DNA of 64,000 nt from positions 197,028 to 261,027 of the forward strand of contig JBBRPR010000003.1 in NCBI GenBank assembly GCA_038227875.1, read 5' to 3'. The stretch's first letter is position 1; each line of letters begins with the position of its first letter. Source of the DNA: Planctomycetota bacterium. Its GTDB lineage: Bacteria > Planctomycetota > SZUA-567 > H5-PLA8. Shown one piece after another: positions 39,267 through 49,295 of this stretch. Position numbers and translations under genes: made by a program. The notes under the pieces are model-generated. The model made no database searches and was not told the origin of the DNA. It worked only from the letters and a program-made list of their open reading frames with translations.

Positions 39267-42200
39267 TTACTTCGACTTCGCCGCCGTGCGCTTCAAGAAG
39301 GCCTCGATCGCCGGCTGGCTGTGCAACCAGCCGTAGCGCGGATCGCGGCAAGGCTCGATCAGCGCCCGGGCCTCGGCGACTTTGCCCTTCGCTTCCAGCC
39401 ACAGTCCCAGCATCACGCGCAGTTCCGGATGCCAGCGCGGTCCGGGCCAGACTTTTCCCGGGACCGGCTCGCGGTCTCCCAGGAACATCTGCGCCAGATC
39501 CAGCGCTGTACCACAGAGTTCATACGGGAGGAGAGCGCGCAGTTCGTCGGCTGTGGGACTCTTGAGCAGGCCCAGCGACGAGAGCATCGCCTGCAGCAGT
39601 ATGCGCGGGCTGTTGTATTGAAAATGCGAGCTGCGGCGGATCCCACCAAGCAGTCCAGCGGCCTGGTCGAATTCACAGCGCTGCACGGCCCACAGTGCTT
39701 TGTAGTCGTCCACAAACACGCCGTTGGTCTTCGAGTTCCCATAGATGTCGATGAATTTCTGAAACAGTTCCTCTTCCATGCTTTCGGCCAGCAGAAAGCC
39801 GTGGCGCCAGCAGTCTTCCTGATGATCGACGCGGTTGAAATGCAGGTGATGTGCGTCGATCACCTTTTTGGAGGCGGCCATGTCGCGTTCGGCCATGGCG
39901 ATCACCAGGCAGCCGAAACTGCGCTCCTTCTCCAGCCCCACCATCCGCTTCTTCCATTCCGGAAACGCGTTTAGATGAATCGCGTGATGGATCACCAGAC
40001 CGGTCGGATAATCGAAGACTCCCTTGATGCCGTTTTCCAGGATGTGTTTGGGGAAGAGGTCCATCCTGTCCCGCGCGAGGGCCAGGGCAACCATCGGGGC
40101 GTTGGCTTCATGAATGACCAGTTGCTTTTCGGAGAGGCGGCGCAGGAATTTATTCATCGAATCCAGCGCCTCGTCCCACAAACCCAGCACGGCGAGGTAC
40201 GAGATCAGGCGCGAATTGGTGCCGATCTGGCTCTGTGCGGGCGGATCGAAATGCTCCGTCGCCAGCCGGTTAAGCTCCGCCAGAACGTGGATGGTTTGGG
40301 CACGGGGCACGGGATGCTGCACGGCCCAGCGCATCCAGCGCGACGCATCGAAAATTCGCACGCGAGCCTGGCTTTCCGGGAAGCGCTTAAAAAGCTCTTC
40401 AAAATATTTCAAGGGCGCGTCGAACTGCGGGTTGTGGTGGATTTCGTACATGGCCCGTTCGGCCAGCGCGAAGGGCTCGAAGAGCGTTCCCTTGGAATGT
40501 TCGAGCGTGGCGAAGGCTTCTTTGAACTTGCCCATCTCCGCCTCGCAGATGCCGGCTTTGAATTGCGCCTCGGCGCCCTGCACGCGATCGGGAAGATTCG
40601 TCGCGATCTCGCGGTAACACTCCAGCGCCGAATCGTAATGGCCGTATTGAAAGTGCCGGTCGGCCGCGCGCAGAGCGGGAAGCTGCACGTTCCAGTTCTG
40701 CCGCTGCAATTCCAGCGGCCGGTAGTGCGTACCCGGGAGGAAACTGTAGAAGCCGATCTGACTGCCGGCGAACGGAAAGAGCTCGCGGTAGGTGAAGATG
40801 CGCTTGCCGTTGACCGCGCAGTGAATCAGGCCCTCGGCGTCCTGGTACTCCATCTCAATGCGGTAGCGCCGCCCCGGTTCGACGGGCAGTCCGTGGCGCA
40901 CCAGCACATCATTGTCGTGGCGGGCGAATTTGTAGACGGTGTTGTATTCCGCGCCGACTTGAAAGAAGTAGCCGGAGTAGCGTTCAAATCCCTTCGAACC
41001 CGGCGGCGGCCGGTGCCCGACGATCGACAGTTCCGTGTCCGGGTTGTCGGCCCAGGCTTCGCAACTGAAGCGGAACGATCCCGGCACCGCCACCTTCCAC
41101 GTCAGCAGGCCCTGCCCCCGCGTCTGCGTGATCCAGGTGTCACCTTCCAGCAGCCATTGACCCTCGTCGGCATGCCACTCGATTTCACGCATCCCGTGAG
41201 CGCCCGGGCCGGAGCCAAACCGGATCGTGGTCCAGTCCGATTCGCCGCGCAGAAAAAGGCCCATGCGTTCGGCAAACGCCTGCGTCGTCGGCCGCCGCGC
41301 CGGTTCAGTCTGCAACGCGTCGACGCACAACGCCGAGAGCACCGGGTCGATTCCGCTCTCGGGTTTGAGCACATCCGGGGGCGTCAACTGGCCGTTGACC
41401 AGCGCCTCAAGACTTTCGCTCGTCGTGGGACGATGAAACGGCAGCTCGTCGGTCAGCACATGATAAAGCAGCGTGCCGAGCGCGAAAACATCGCTGGCCG
41501 GGCAGCCCTGCTTGGGTCCGCGGAGCAATTCCGGCGCGATGAACGAGGCCGACCCCACCAGCTTGACGCCCTGGTTCTTTCCGTCCTGGCCGTTGCCGTG
41601 GCTGTAGCTTTCATGGCTGCCGGTGGACCAGTCGATCACCGTGACTTCGCCAAACTGCCCGACGAGAATGTTGCCGGGCGTCAGGTCGAGGTGGAGCACG
41701 TTCCGCGCGTGCGCGTAGGCCACCGTCTCGCTGACGCGATGGAGAATGTCCAGCAGGCGGCCGGGCGTAAAGGCGTGGAGCATTTCCATGTCGCCCTTGC
41801 GCCGCGCTTCCAGGATCTGCAGCAGCGTCTTGCCGTCCAGCGGCTTCATTGTGTAGTAGCGGCGGTTGTCCTGGTCGCGCCCGATGTTGAAGACCGGCAC
41901 GATGCCCGGATGGTTCAACCCCGCCGTGACTTTGGCTTCGCGTTCGAAGGCCTGCGACTGCTCGAAAGTGGCGTGGGGCGTAAGCGGCCGTTTGAGGGCG
42001 ACGTCGCGGTCGAGGCCCGGCTGGGTCACCAGCAGTACTTCGCCTGTGCTGCCCACGCCCAGGCGGCGTTTGACGATGTGCCCGTCGACCATCTCGACGG
42101 CGCCGGGCCTCAGCGCGCTGGGGCGGGCCGGCGTTTCGTCCTCCGGTTTGGCCGAACCCAGCAGCCGCACGGCGCGCTCGACGGAATTGGAATCGGCGGC

Positions 42201-43199
42201 AGTCTTGTCGCCGGGGCGGGTCGTCGATTGGACCACGCGGTTGCGCCCGCTCTCCTTGGCGCTGTAGAGCGCCGCGTCGGCGCAGAGAAACAGCGGCTGG
42301 GCGGAGAAGGAGTTGAGCGGAAAGCTGGCGACGCCGATGGTCGCGGTGACCTGCTTTTTCTGCGGCAGCGGAATTTCGGCGATCTTCTCGCGCACCTTTT
42401 CCGCGACCTTCAGCGCATCTTCAGCTCCCGTGTCGAGCAGCAGGACTTCAAACTCATCGCCGCCAAACCGCGCGAGAATGTCGGTGCTGCGGAACATCGC
42501 GCGCAGAATCGACGCGACCTGCAGCAGGCACTTATTGCCCGCTTCGTGGCCGCAGCTGTCGTTGAGGGCCTTGAAGTGATCGAGGTCCATCAGCAGCAGC
42601 GTCACTGGCTCTTCGTTGCGGATCGCGCGGCGCACCGCCTGGTCGACTTCCTGCCGGAAATGGCGATGGCAGAACAGCCCTGTCAGCGGATCGGTGATCG
42701 CCGATTGGTAGAGCAGCGTGTGTTCCAGCGACGCTGCCGCCTGCGAGGCCAGCAGCTCGAAAAACTGCTGGTCCTTGTCGCCGATCAGCCGCGACTGCTG
42801 GGTCGTGAGCAGGTGCAGCGCGCCGAGGATTTCGCGGCTGGAGGTCAGCGGGGCGCAGAGCATCGTGGCCGGCTTGCCGTTGACGGTCTTCTGCATGAAG
42901 ACCGAGCGGCCGCTCTGGATCACGCTGCGTGCGACTTCCGCGCGGGCATCGTCGGGCAGAGCGACCGGAGCCACCGTGATCAGATTCTGCGCGGCGGGCG
43001 CGGCTTCCGGCCACTGCGCGCGTTCGATGACGCCGTTGTTCTCCAGCAGAAATGCGGTCGCCTGCTCGAAGCCGAGCAGATCGTGAGCGGTATGGCAGAC
43101 GTCGGTGAGCAACTGGCGAACGTCATATTGAATCTGCCAACCGCGGCTGGCCTTCAGCAGTTCGGCCCAGCTATTCTCGTAAAAAGCGGCGTCAGACAT
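39267..43199 (-). CDS. GAF-GGDEF-Ser/Thr kinase-beta-sandwich-TPR fusion protein
   Basis: GAF domain, RSTD I-site and RFGGDEF; GVGSTG, VALK, HLDLTPGN, IDWS and IAPE; no TM seen. Confidence 0.88.
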   Translation of the reverse strand: MSDAAFYENSWAELLKASRGWQIQYDVRQLLTDVCHTAHDLLGFEQATAFLLENNGVIERAQWPEAAPAAQNLITVAPVALPDDARAEVARSVIQSGRSVFMQKTVNGKPATMLCAPLTSSREILGALHLLTTQQSRLIGDKDQQFFELLASQAAASLEHTLLYQSAITDPLTGLFCHRHFRQEVDQAVRRAIRNEEPVTLLLMDLDHFKALNDSCGHEAGNKCLLQVASILRAMFRSTDILARFGGDEFEVLLLDTGAEDALKVAEKVREKIAEIPLPQKKQVTATIGVASFPLNSFSAQPLFLCADAALYSAKESGRNRVVQSTTRPGDKTAADSNSVERAVRLLGSAKPEDETPARPSALRPGAVEMVDGHIVKRRLGVGSTGEVLLVTQPGLDRDVALKRPLTPHATFEQSQAFEREAKVTAGLNHPGIVPVFNIGRDQDNRRYYTMKPLDGKTLLQILEARRKGDMEMLHAFTPGRLLDILHRVSETVAYAHARNVLHLDLTPGNILVGQFGEVTVIDWSTGSHESYSHGNGQDGKNQGVKLVGSASFIAPELLRGPKQGCPASDVFALGTLLYHVLTDELPFHRPTTSESLEALVNGQLTPPDVLKPESGIDPVLSALCVDALQTEPARRPTTQAFAERMGLFLRGESDWTTIRFGSGPGAHGMREIEWHADEGQWLLEGDTWITQTRGQGLLTWKVAVPGSFRFSCEAWADNPDTELSIVGHRPPPGSKGFERYSGYFFQVGAEYNTVYKFARHDNDVLVRHGLPVEPGRRYRIEMEYQDAEGLIHCAVNGKRIFTYRELFPFAGSQIGFYSFLPGTHYRPLELQRQNWNVQLPALRAADRHFQYGHYDSALECYREIATNLPDRVQGAEAQFKAGICEAEMGKFKEAFATLEHSKGTLFEPFALAERAMYEIHHNPQFDAPLKYFEELFKRFPESQARVRIFDASRWMRWAVQHPVPRAQTIHVLAELNRLATEHFDPPAQSQIGTNSRLISYLAVLGLWDEALDSMNKFLRRLSEKQLVIHEANAPMVALALARDRMDLFPKHILENGIKGVFDYPTGLVIHHAIHLNAFPEWKKRMVGLEKERSFGCLVIAMAERDMAASKKVIDAHHLHFNRVDHQEDCWRHGFLLAESMEEELFQKFIDIYGNSKTNGVFVDDYKALWAVQRCEFDQAAGLLGGIRRSSHFQYNSPRILLQAMLSSLGLLKSPTADELRALLPYELCGTALDLAQMFLGDREPVPGKVWPGPRWHPELRVMLGLWLEAKGKVAEARALIEPCRDPRYGWLHSQPAIEAFLKRTAAKSK

Positions 43200-43919
43200 G
43201 GATGGGTCTCACGGGAGTCAGCACAGTATAGCCGAGGACCCCGGGATTGTAAGACCAATCATGTCGGATCTGTGTCAGTAGGGCTCACTTGACGGCGCGC
43301 GAAATCGCGGAAGGCATCCTCAAGCGGAGCTGAGTTTTGAATTCGATGGCGGCGCGTCCTGGTCGCGCCAATGGTTCGCCGGGGCGGATGGATCTTCTGG
43401 AAGCGGCGTGTTGAAATTGAAAGACCGCGGCAGGGCCAGTGACCAATGAATGCAGACTCCATCGGGCGATCTTGAGCATGCGAGCGCGTTGCAGCAGCCA
43501 GCGGTCGGGACGAGCCAATGACACGATTTGCAGCGGGGTCGAAAGTTTGCCATTTTTCTCCTCTCCAATTCGTTGTTGCGGATTTTGCAATTGGCAAGCC
43601 GAACGCTCGCGGAGCGAAAAAAATCCCGCAAATCCCCGCAGGAGGGACATTTAGATTTGAAATCGTGTTCCTTAATTGCGGCGCGAATTTGTCAAACGCG
43701 CTGAACATATTCTCTGGGTTACGACGTTTATTGCGCACAGATGCAATTGGCGGAATTGGCGGGAAGGGTGGGAGGTGTAATTAGAGCAGCGATACGAGCG
43801 ACGGCTTATCTGTTTGGACCCGACTCTCGCGTGGAGTCATTTATCAACGTGACTCCCCGCTGACATGGCTGTAATATCTTACAGCGTATCGAATTCGACC
43901 GAAACAGAGGTAACAGACG

Positions 43920-44930
43920 ATGCACTGGAAAGCAGGCGTTGCCGTCGCAGCGTTGGTCGCGGGACTCGCACTGAGTTTCCCCGTCCGCGCCGACACGGTT
44001 TTCATGAAGGGCACCAAGCTGCGCATCGAAGGAAAAGTGCTGCGCGAAACCGACGACTACATTGTCCTGCTGGTCTACAACGACAAGGGCCAGATCCGCA
44101 TTCCCAAGAGCAGCATCGAACGCATCGAGTACGACATCAAAACCCAGCTGGCCAATTTGAAGGACGACGACAACGCCGGACGCTACAAGGTCGGCGAATG
44201 GGCCATGAACAAGGGCATGTTCAAAGAAGCCATCGTCCTTTTCGAGGATCTGAAGGGCAAGGACGGCGTCGGTCCCGACATGCTCAAGCTGCTGGGCCAG
44301 GCCTACGATAAGCAACAGCAATCGGACAAGGCGCTGCTGAACTTCAACGACTACCTGCGCCTTCATCCCGACGACACGGAAACCAGCGATCGCGCCAAAG
44401 AACTGGCCAAACTGGTAAACCCTGAAGAGGCCGCCGATCCCAAACAGCCGGCGAAAAATCTCGACTCGGGCCTTGCCGGAACCGGAGCGTGGACTGACGA
44501 GAAATGGCCCGATGCGATTCCCTGCACCTGCCAGATGACCACCGACAAGGATGGCAAGAAGATCATCGTGGTACAGACGACCGGTGGAGCGAAGGACAAG
44601 TCGGCGTTCACGCGCACGGGCAACTTGAATCTGACCGACAACAAGGAGATGGTCTTCCGTATCTCGCAGAATGGTTCGACGCCGGTGAACATCGCCGTCG
44701 CGTACATCAACGCCAAGAATGAATTCATGGAGAGCAAGCAGCTGAAGGTGCCGGCGAATTCGTGGAGCACGCTCTCGTTGAAGCTCGAAGACAAGCAGTT
44801 CAAGTCGGCGGCCAACGGCTGGAAGTACTCCGACGCGCTCGACGGCAAGGAGAATGTGCAACGCATCAGTTTTCTGATCTACGAACGGCGTCCGATCACG
44901 CTGTGGATTGACGGCATCTTTTTCAAGTAG
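43920..44930 (+). CDS. Secreted protein with TPR and C-terminal carbohydrate-binding-like beta-sandwich
   Basis: Signal peptide ending VRA; central TPR-like helices; C-terminal TLWIDGIFF. Confidence 0.65.
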   Translation: MHWKAGVAVAALVAGLALSFPVRADTVFMKGTKLRIEGKVLRETDDYIVLLVYNDKGQIRIPKSSIERIEYDIKTQLANLKDDDNAGRYKVGEWAMNKGMFKEAIVLFEDLKGKDGVGPDMLKLLGQAYDKQQQSDKALLNFNDYLRLHPDDTETSDRAKELAKLVNPEEAADPKQPAKNLDSGLAGTGAWTDEKWPDAIPCTCQMTTDKDGKKIIVVQTTGGAKDKSAFTRTGNLNLTDNKEMVFRISQNGSTPVNIAVAYINAKNEFMESKQLKVPANSWSTLSLKLEDKQFKSAANGWKYSDALDGKENVQRISFLIYERRPITLWIDGIFFK

Positions 44931-44939
44931 AGTGACACG

Positions 44940-46718
44940 TTGCAGCTTCTGCGCAAATTTGGTCTTCCCCTGATCTTCGCCACGGCCGCGTTCTCCTACG
45001 CCGTGGCGACGTCGCCATTATCCACGGCGTCGCGCTCCACCCCGGCGTCCGCGCACGGCCGCTCGGTCGGCTCGCCGTTGCAGTTCACCACGCCGTTCCT
45101 GCTGGCCGGCACCGATGATCGCTTTCCGACGGGCGGCAACACCACCGACGACCCGCAGGGTTTCGATCTCGGCGACGCGCTGCAGAACCAACCCGTCCGC
45201 CGCGTGATCACCGCGACCGGCGGAGAGCAGCCGTACTCCTACGCCATCTCGCCCAATCTCGATCTCCCCAGCTTCGGCACCGCGATCATCCCCTCGCTGA
45301 GTACCATCGGGCTGCTCAGCGGCAATGTGGCGGCGGTCGGTTCGTTCATCCGCTTCAATATCATCCTCACCGACTTCCTCGCGACGCAGCGCACCGGCGT
45401 GTTCTATTTGAGATTAATCAACGCGCCGACCCAATTCCGCTTTGCGCAGAACCGCCTGCCGTTTGCCGTGCAAGGAACGCATTACTACGCGGATCTGGCG
45501 ACCATCGGCGGCGTGGCGCCGATCACCTATCGCGTCGTGGCGTCGTCGGTCAGCGGCAGCGGCAGCCCCACGGTGGCCGCCGGCGCGCGGCTGGAAGATG
45601 TGGGACTGACCCTGACGCCCGACGGTATTCTCTACGGCCGCCCGTTGGTCGGCGGCACGATCCGCTTCGACGTCACCGCCACCGATGCGGCGGGAACGAC
45701 GGCGACCAATCGCGGTGGCGGACGCCCGCTACAATCCTTCTCCCTGACGGTCAACGCCAGCACGCAAGCCCGCTCGGAAATGGCGACCGTGCAGTGCGCC
45801 ATCAAGGGCAGCCTGCTCACCACCGGCAAGGACAGTTTTTCGTATTCCGGCATTCTCGACTCGCGCGCCGAAACGCCGCCGTCGCTGGCCGGTTCGGCGC
45901 TGACCTTGCGCATTGGCTCCACGTCGGTGACGGGAAACTTCGATGCCAAGGGCAAAGTCAAGACGACGCTGCCCGGCAACCAGAAGTTCACGGCCTCGCT
46001 TTCTGGTTCGCGGCTGACCATCAAGCTGACCAACGCGACGCTCACCGACGCCGTCGGCGCCCGTGCGCTCAGCGGCAAATCGACGCTCAACACGATCATC
46101 GGTCTGGAGCTGGTCTCCTTCCGCACCAGCGACGCGCTGCAGTTCGCCACGCTCTCGCGCAGCGGCAAGTACTCCATGAATTACGTGCTGGCCAAGCGCG
46201 GCCTGCCGCTGGCCGGCGCGTTCCAGGTAATCTCCGTTCACGGTTCCGATGGCGTCACCGGCGACCCGATCCACCTGTCGCTGGGCACGTTCAAAACGAA
46301 GCCGCCCGCGGGCAATCCCGCTCCCGACGGCAACTCCTGGGACACGACGTTCATCGCGCTGCCGCGCTTCGGCATCGAAGGCGGTAAGGACGTCAAGACC
46401 GTCTTCGCCGGAGCGACGACGGCGACGATCCGCATCGGCGACAGCTTCTCGCAGCAGTTGTCGCTGAACCAGAAAAATGTGAAGCTGGAATTCCGTGCGA
46501 CGGGCAAGGACCCCGGTGTCTTCCGCCTGCAGCTCAATCCGTCGAATGGCATCCACCGCCTGCAGACCAACGTGATTTCCGAAAACGACACCGGCATCTC
46601 GCCGGCGATCTTCACCAAGGACCTGACCACGTTCCCGTTGGGCCTGGACTTCACGGGCTTCAGCGGCGAGAGCGGCAAGCCGATGGCGCCGGACCGTTCG
46701 TCCTGGCAGCAGCGGTAG
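44940..46718 (+). CDS. Secreted protein with putative Ig (He_PIG-like) domains
   Basis: Signal peptide; ITATGGEQPYSY, GGVAPITY and GLTLTPDGILYGRP...FDVTATDAAG. Confidence 0.7.
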   Translation: MQLLRKFGLPLIFATAAFSYAVATSPLSTASRSTPASAHGRSVGSPLQFTTPFLLAGTDDRFPTGGNTTDDPQGFDLGDALQNQPVRRVITATGGEQPYSYAISPNLDLPSFGTAIIPSLSTIGLLSGNVAAVGSFIRFNIILTDFLATQRTGVFYLRLINAPTQFRFAQNRLPFAVQGTHYYADLATIGGVAPITYRVVASSVSGSGSPTVAAGARLEDVGLTLTPDGILYGRPLVGGTIRFDVTATDAAGTTATNRGGGRPLQSFSLTVNASTQARSEMATVQCAIKGSLLTTGKDSFSYSGILDSRAETPPSLAGSALTLRIGSTSVTGNFDAKGKVKTTLPGNQKFTASLSGSRLTIKLTNATLTDAVGARALSGKSTLNTIIGLELVSFRTSDALQFATLSRSGKYSMNYVLAKRGLPLAGAFQVISVHGSDGVTGDPIHLSLGTFKTKPPAGNPAPDGNSWDTTFIALPRFGIEGGKDVKTVFAGATTATIRIGDSFSQQLSLNQKNVKLEFRATGKDPGVFRLQLNPSNGIHRLQTNVISENDTGISPAIFTKDLTTFPLGLDFTGFSGESGKPMAPDRSSWQQR

Positions 46719-46766
46719 GGCGGCTCCTGGCTTTTGGCTCGTGGCTCTTGGGAGGGACTGGCGCCG

Positions 46767-47309
46767 ATGGGCGAGCGGGTTAGCGCGACCAAAGAATTGA
46801 AAACGTATGCGTTCACGCTGCCGGGGCGCGGGTTGTTTCGCGATGCGGCGTGGACGGCGGAATTTGGCGAGCGCGGGTTGCGTCGGCTGTCGGTCACGGA
46901 GCCCACGCGCGCGAAATCCGTTCACGGCGACGGCAGAAGCGATGCGCGGCTCGACGCATTGAAGAAAGTCCTGCGCGCGCGCCTCGCCGGCCGCGATAAG
47001 CCCATGGATTTCAGCGCGTTCGACCTGGAAGGCGCGCCGGATTTCCATTACCGCGTCTGGAAAGCGATGCACAAAATTCCCTTCGGCGAAGTCCAGACCT
47101 ACGGCGAAGTGGCGATCGAAGCCGGCTCGCCAATGGCCTCCCGCGCCTGCGGCCAGGCCTGCGGCAGCAACCGTATCATCCTCCTGATCCCCTGCCACCG
47201 CGTGGTCAGCTCAACGGGCATCGGCGGTTTTGGCTGCGGACTGCATTGGAAGAAGGCGTTGTTGGAGCTGGAAGGATTCGACGCTTCAGCCCTGAAGAGC
47301 AATCGCTAG
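46767..47309 (+). CDS. ogt: Methylated-DNA--protein-cysteine methyltransferase
   Basis: IPFGEVQTYG, RACGQAC and IPCHRV active site; RBS GGAGG. Confidence 0.9.
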   Translation: MGERVSATKELKTYAFTLPGRGLFRDAAWTAEFGERGLRRLSVTEPTRAKSVHGDGRSDARLDALKKVLRARLAGRDKPMDFSAFDLEGAPDFHYRVWKAMHKIPFGEVQTYGEVAIEAGSPMASRACGQACGSNRIILLIPCHRVVSSTGIGGFGCGLHWKKALLELEGFDASALKSNR

Positions 47310-47332
47310 TTCCTCAAAATATCAGAATTTCC

Positions 47333-47360
47333 TGTCCCAAAAATTCTACGACCGCGTCCT
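47333..47360 (+). promoter_or_regulatory. Candidate ECF-sigma autoregulatory promoter
   Basis: TGTCCC-N16-CGTCCT directly upstream of the ECF gene. Confidence 0.4.
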
Positions 47361-47388
47361 ATTGCCGAATCCCACTGGAGAGCGGATA

Positions 47389-49158
47389 ATGCAAAGCATG
47401 ACCTTACGTCGCAACTCTAACACTCAACCGGCACCGCAGCAGGACCGTGACAGCGCGAGTCTGGATGCGCTCTTTCAGCGCCACGCCGCGCTGGCCTACC
47501 ATATTGCGCTGCGCCAACTGGGCCATCCGGCCGACGCGGAAGACGCGGTGCAGGCCGCGTTTTGCGTGGCGTTGCAGCGCCAGGGGCAACTCCGGCAACA
47601 CGAGAGCATGCGCGGCTGGATCGTCGCCATTGTCTTGAACATCTGCCGCTCCAAGATCCGCGATGAACGCTGCCGGCGCAGGCACGAAGAATCGCGCGGC
47701 GCATTGCGCCTGGCGGACGTGCCCTGCGAGCCGGAACGGCGGGAACTCGCGGCGGCGGCGTTGCGCATTCTCAACACCATGCCCGACCGCTACCGGCTGC
47801 CGGTGGAGTTGCATTGCGTCGGCGGATTTTCCTACGACGAAGTGGCCGCGGCGCTCGCGCAATCCGAAGAGACCGTGCGCCGGCAGACCAACCGCGGACT
47901 GGTCCATCTGCGCAAGGCGCTGGCGGGAGCGGGGCTCCTGGCTTGCACCGCATCCTTGCCGCAGATTCTGTCCGCGGTGTCGCTGACGCCCGCGCCGCTC
48001 TCGTTGACGACGAAGTTGAAGTCGCGCGGCACAGGCGAGCCCAAATCCTCTGCGCTCGCGTCGCGCGTAAAGATGCTGGCATTGGCAGGAGCGGCCGCCA
48101 GCGTCGCCTTGGCAATCTGCATGAGCTTCGGTGCGTCCCGGCGCCACATTTCCCCTTCCGCCCCGGCTGCCGATTCCGTTCCCGTTGCGTTTGCTGCAGC
48201 CGAGACGCCCGCGCCGACGCGCGCCGAGCGCGAGCAGGCAGTTCCGCTGCCCGTTGTCGCGCACACGGAAGACGCTGCCGCCGCGGAGTTTTCCACGCGG
48301 ATTCAGGACTTGGACAGTGGCGACCCACAGCGGGTGGCCGTCGCGGAAGCGGCGCTCAAGAACGCCGGTGAAGCCGCCCGCCCCGCGTTGGTGCGCGCGA
48401 TTACAGCGGGCTCTGCTGCCGTAAAATCACGCGCAGGGAAACTGCTGGCGGTGTTAAATACCCGCAGCAAGCTGGCCGAGATTCTCACCCGCAAGCAGGA
48501 GAGCCCGATACGCTGCGCGAGTGCCACGTATGAATTTCGATTCGGTCCCCAGATCGCATCTCACCCCGTTTCGTTTTCCGGCCATCCCTATAGCGATGAA
48601 GGCGTGACGGAGACAATGGCCGGCGTTCAGAATGCCCTCACCCGCTACTACGCTGACAATGAAACGTGCGAAGACGTTCCCGACCTGTGTACCCAGTGGT
48701 TCCTGTATCACCCGCTGGTTTGCATGAATAATCTGACCACTCTGGCCGGCTTCACCGATTTCACGAGTGTGCGAGAAGACACTCTGGACGGCACGCCGGT
48801 TTACGTCCTCGACGGAACCATTGACGCTGCCGCGTGGCAGAACTCTGAATTGCGCCGTGGGCTGGTGGGCAAGGTTGGCGAATCGGTTGTGGAGCAGCGC
48901 GTTTCCCCAGGCTCGGTACGCGTGCAGATCGACAGATTCAGCCTGCTCACGCTGAAGACAGAAATCCGCGGCGAGGACGCTGCGGATATCGCGTTCGGCC
49001 ACTTTACCGGGCTGTCCACTCCAGCGAAGCACGTGGACTCCGCGCAACAGACATTCAAGGCTGCCCCCGCCGACGCCACTCCCCTGACTCTGGCTGGCGC
49101 GTGCGGGCGGTTCGGAGAGAGCCAGGCAAAGAAGATGGCCGCGGCGAGCAGCAAGTAG
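47389..49158 (+). CDS. ECF sigma factor with TM segment and long C-terminal extension
   Basis: DAEDAVQAAF (sigma2), GFSYDEVA (sigma4), TM LALAGAAASVALAIC, then HEAT-like helices. Confidence 0.85.
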   Translation: MQSMTLRRNSNTQPAPQQDRDSASLDALFQRHAALAYHIALRQLGHPADAEDAVQAAFCVALQRQGQLRQHESMRGWIVAIVLNICRSKIRDERCRRRHEESRGALRLADVPCEPERRELAAAALRILNTMPDRYRLPVELHCVGGFSYDEVAAALAQSEETVRRQTNRGLVHLRKALAGAGLLACTASLPQILSAVSLTPAPLSLTTKLKSRGTGEPKSSALASRVKMLALAGAAASVALAICMSFGASRRHISPSAPAADSVPVAFAAAETPAPTRAEREQAVPLPVVAHTEDAAAAEFSTRIQDLDSGDPQRVAVAEAALKNAGEAARPALVRAITAGSAAVKSRAGKLLAVLNTRSKLAEILTRKQESPIRCASATYEFRFGPQIASHPVSFSGHPYSDEGVTETMAGVQNALTRYYADNETCEDVPDLCTQWFLYHPLVCMNNLTTLAGFTDFTSVREDTLDGTPVYVLDGTIDAAAWQNSELRRGLVGKVGESVVEQRVSPGSVRVQIDRFSLLTLKTEIRGEDAADIAFGHFTGLSTPAKHVDSAQQTFKAAPADATPLTLAGACGRFGESQAKKMAAASSK

Positions 49159-49295
49159 AGAGTGGTAATCCAGTATCAAACGCAGTGAAATTTATGAACA
49201 GGATGGAGCATTTTCCTGCTGCAAATGTTACGGCTTGCAGTTAAAAGAACGGAATAACGTGCAACTCAAACCTATCATTTCATTCGGGAGGCGCT

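Noticed and set aside
39975..43292. 1105-aa plus-strand ORF (likewise 20054-21853, 35091-37121, 50118-52469 and others)
   Set aside because: Antisense shadows of well-supported genes in GC-rich DNA, with no recognisable motifs.
43200..43919. ncRNA or riboswitch in the long divergent intergenic region
   Set aside because: No recognisable aptamer, tRNA or rRNA signature by eye; an Rfam/Infernal scan would be needed.
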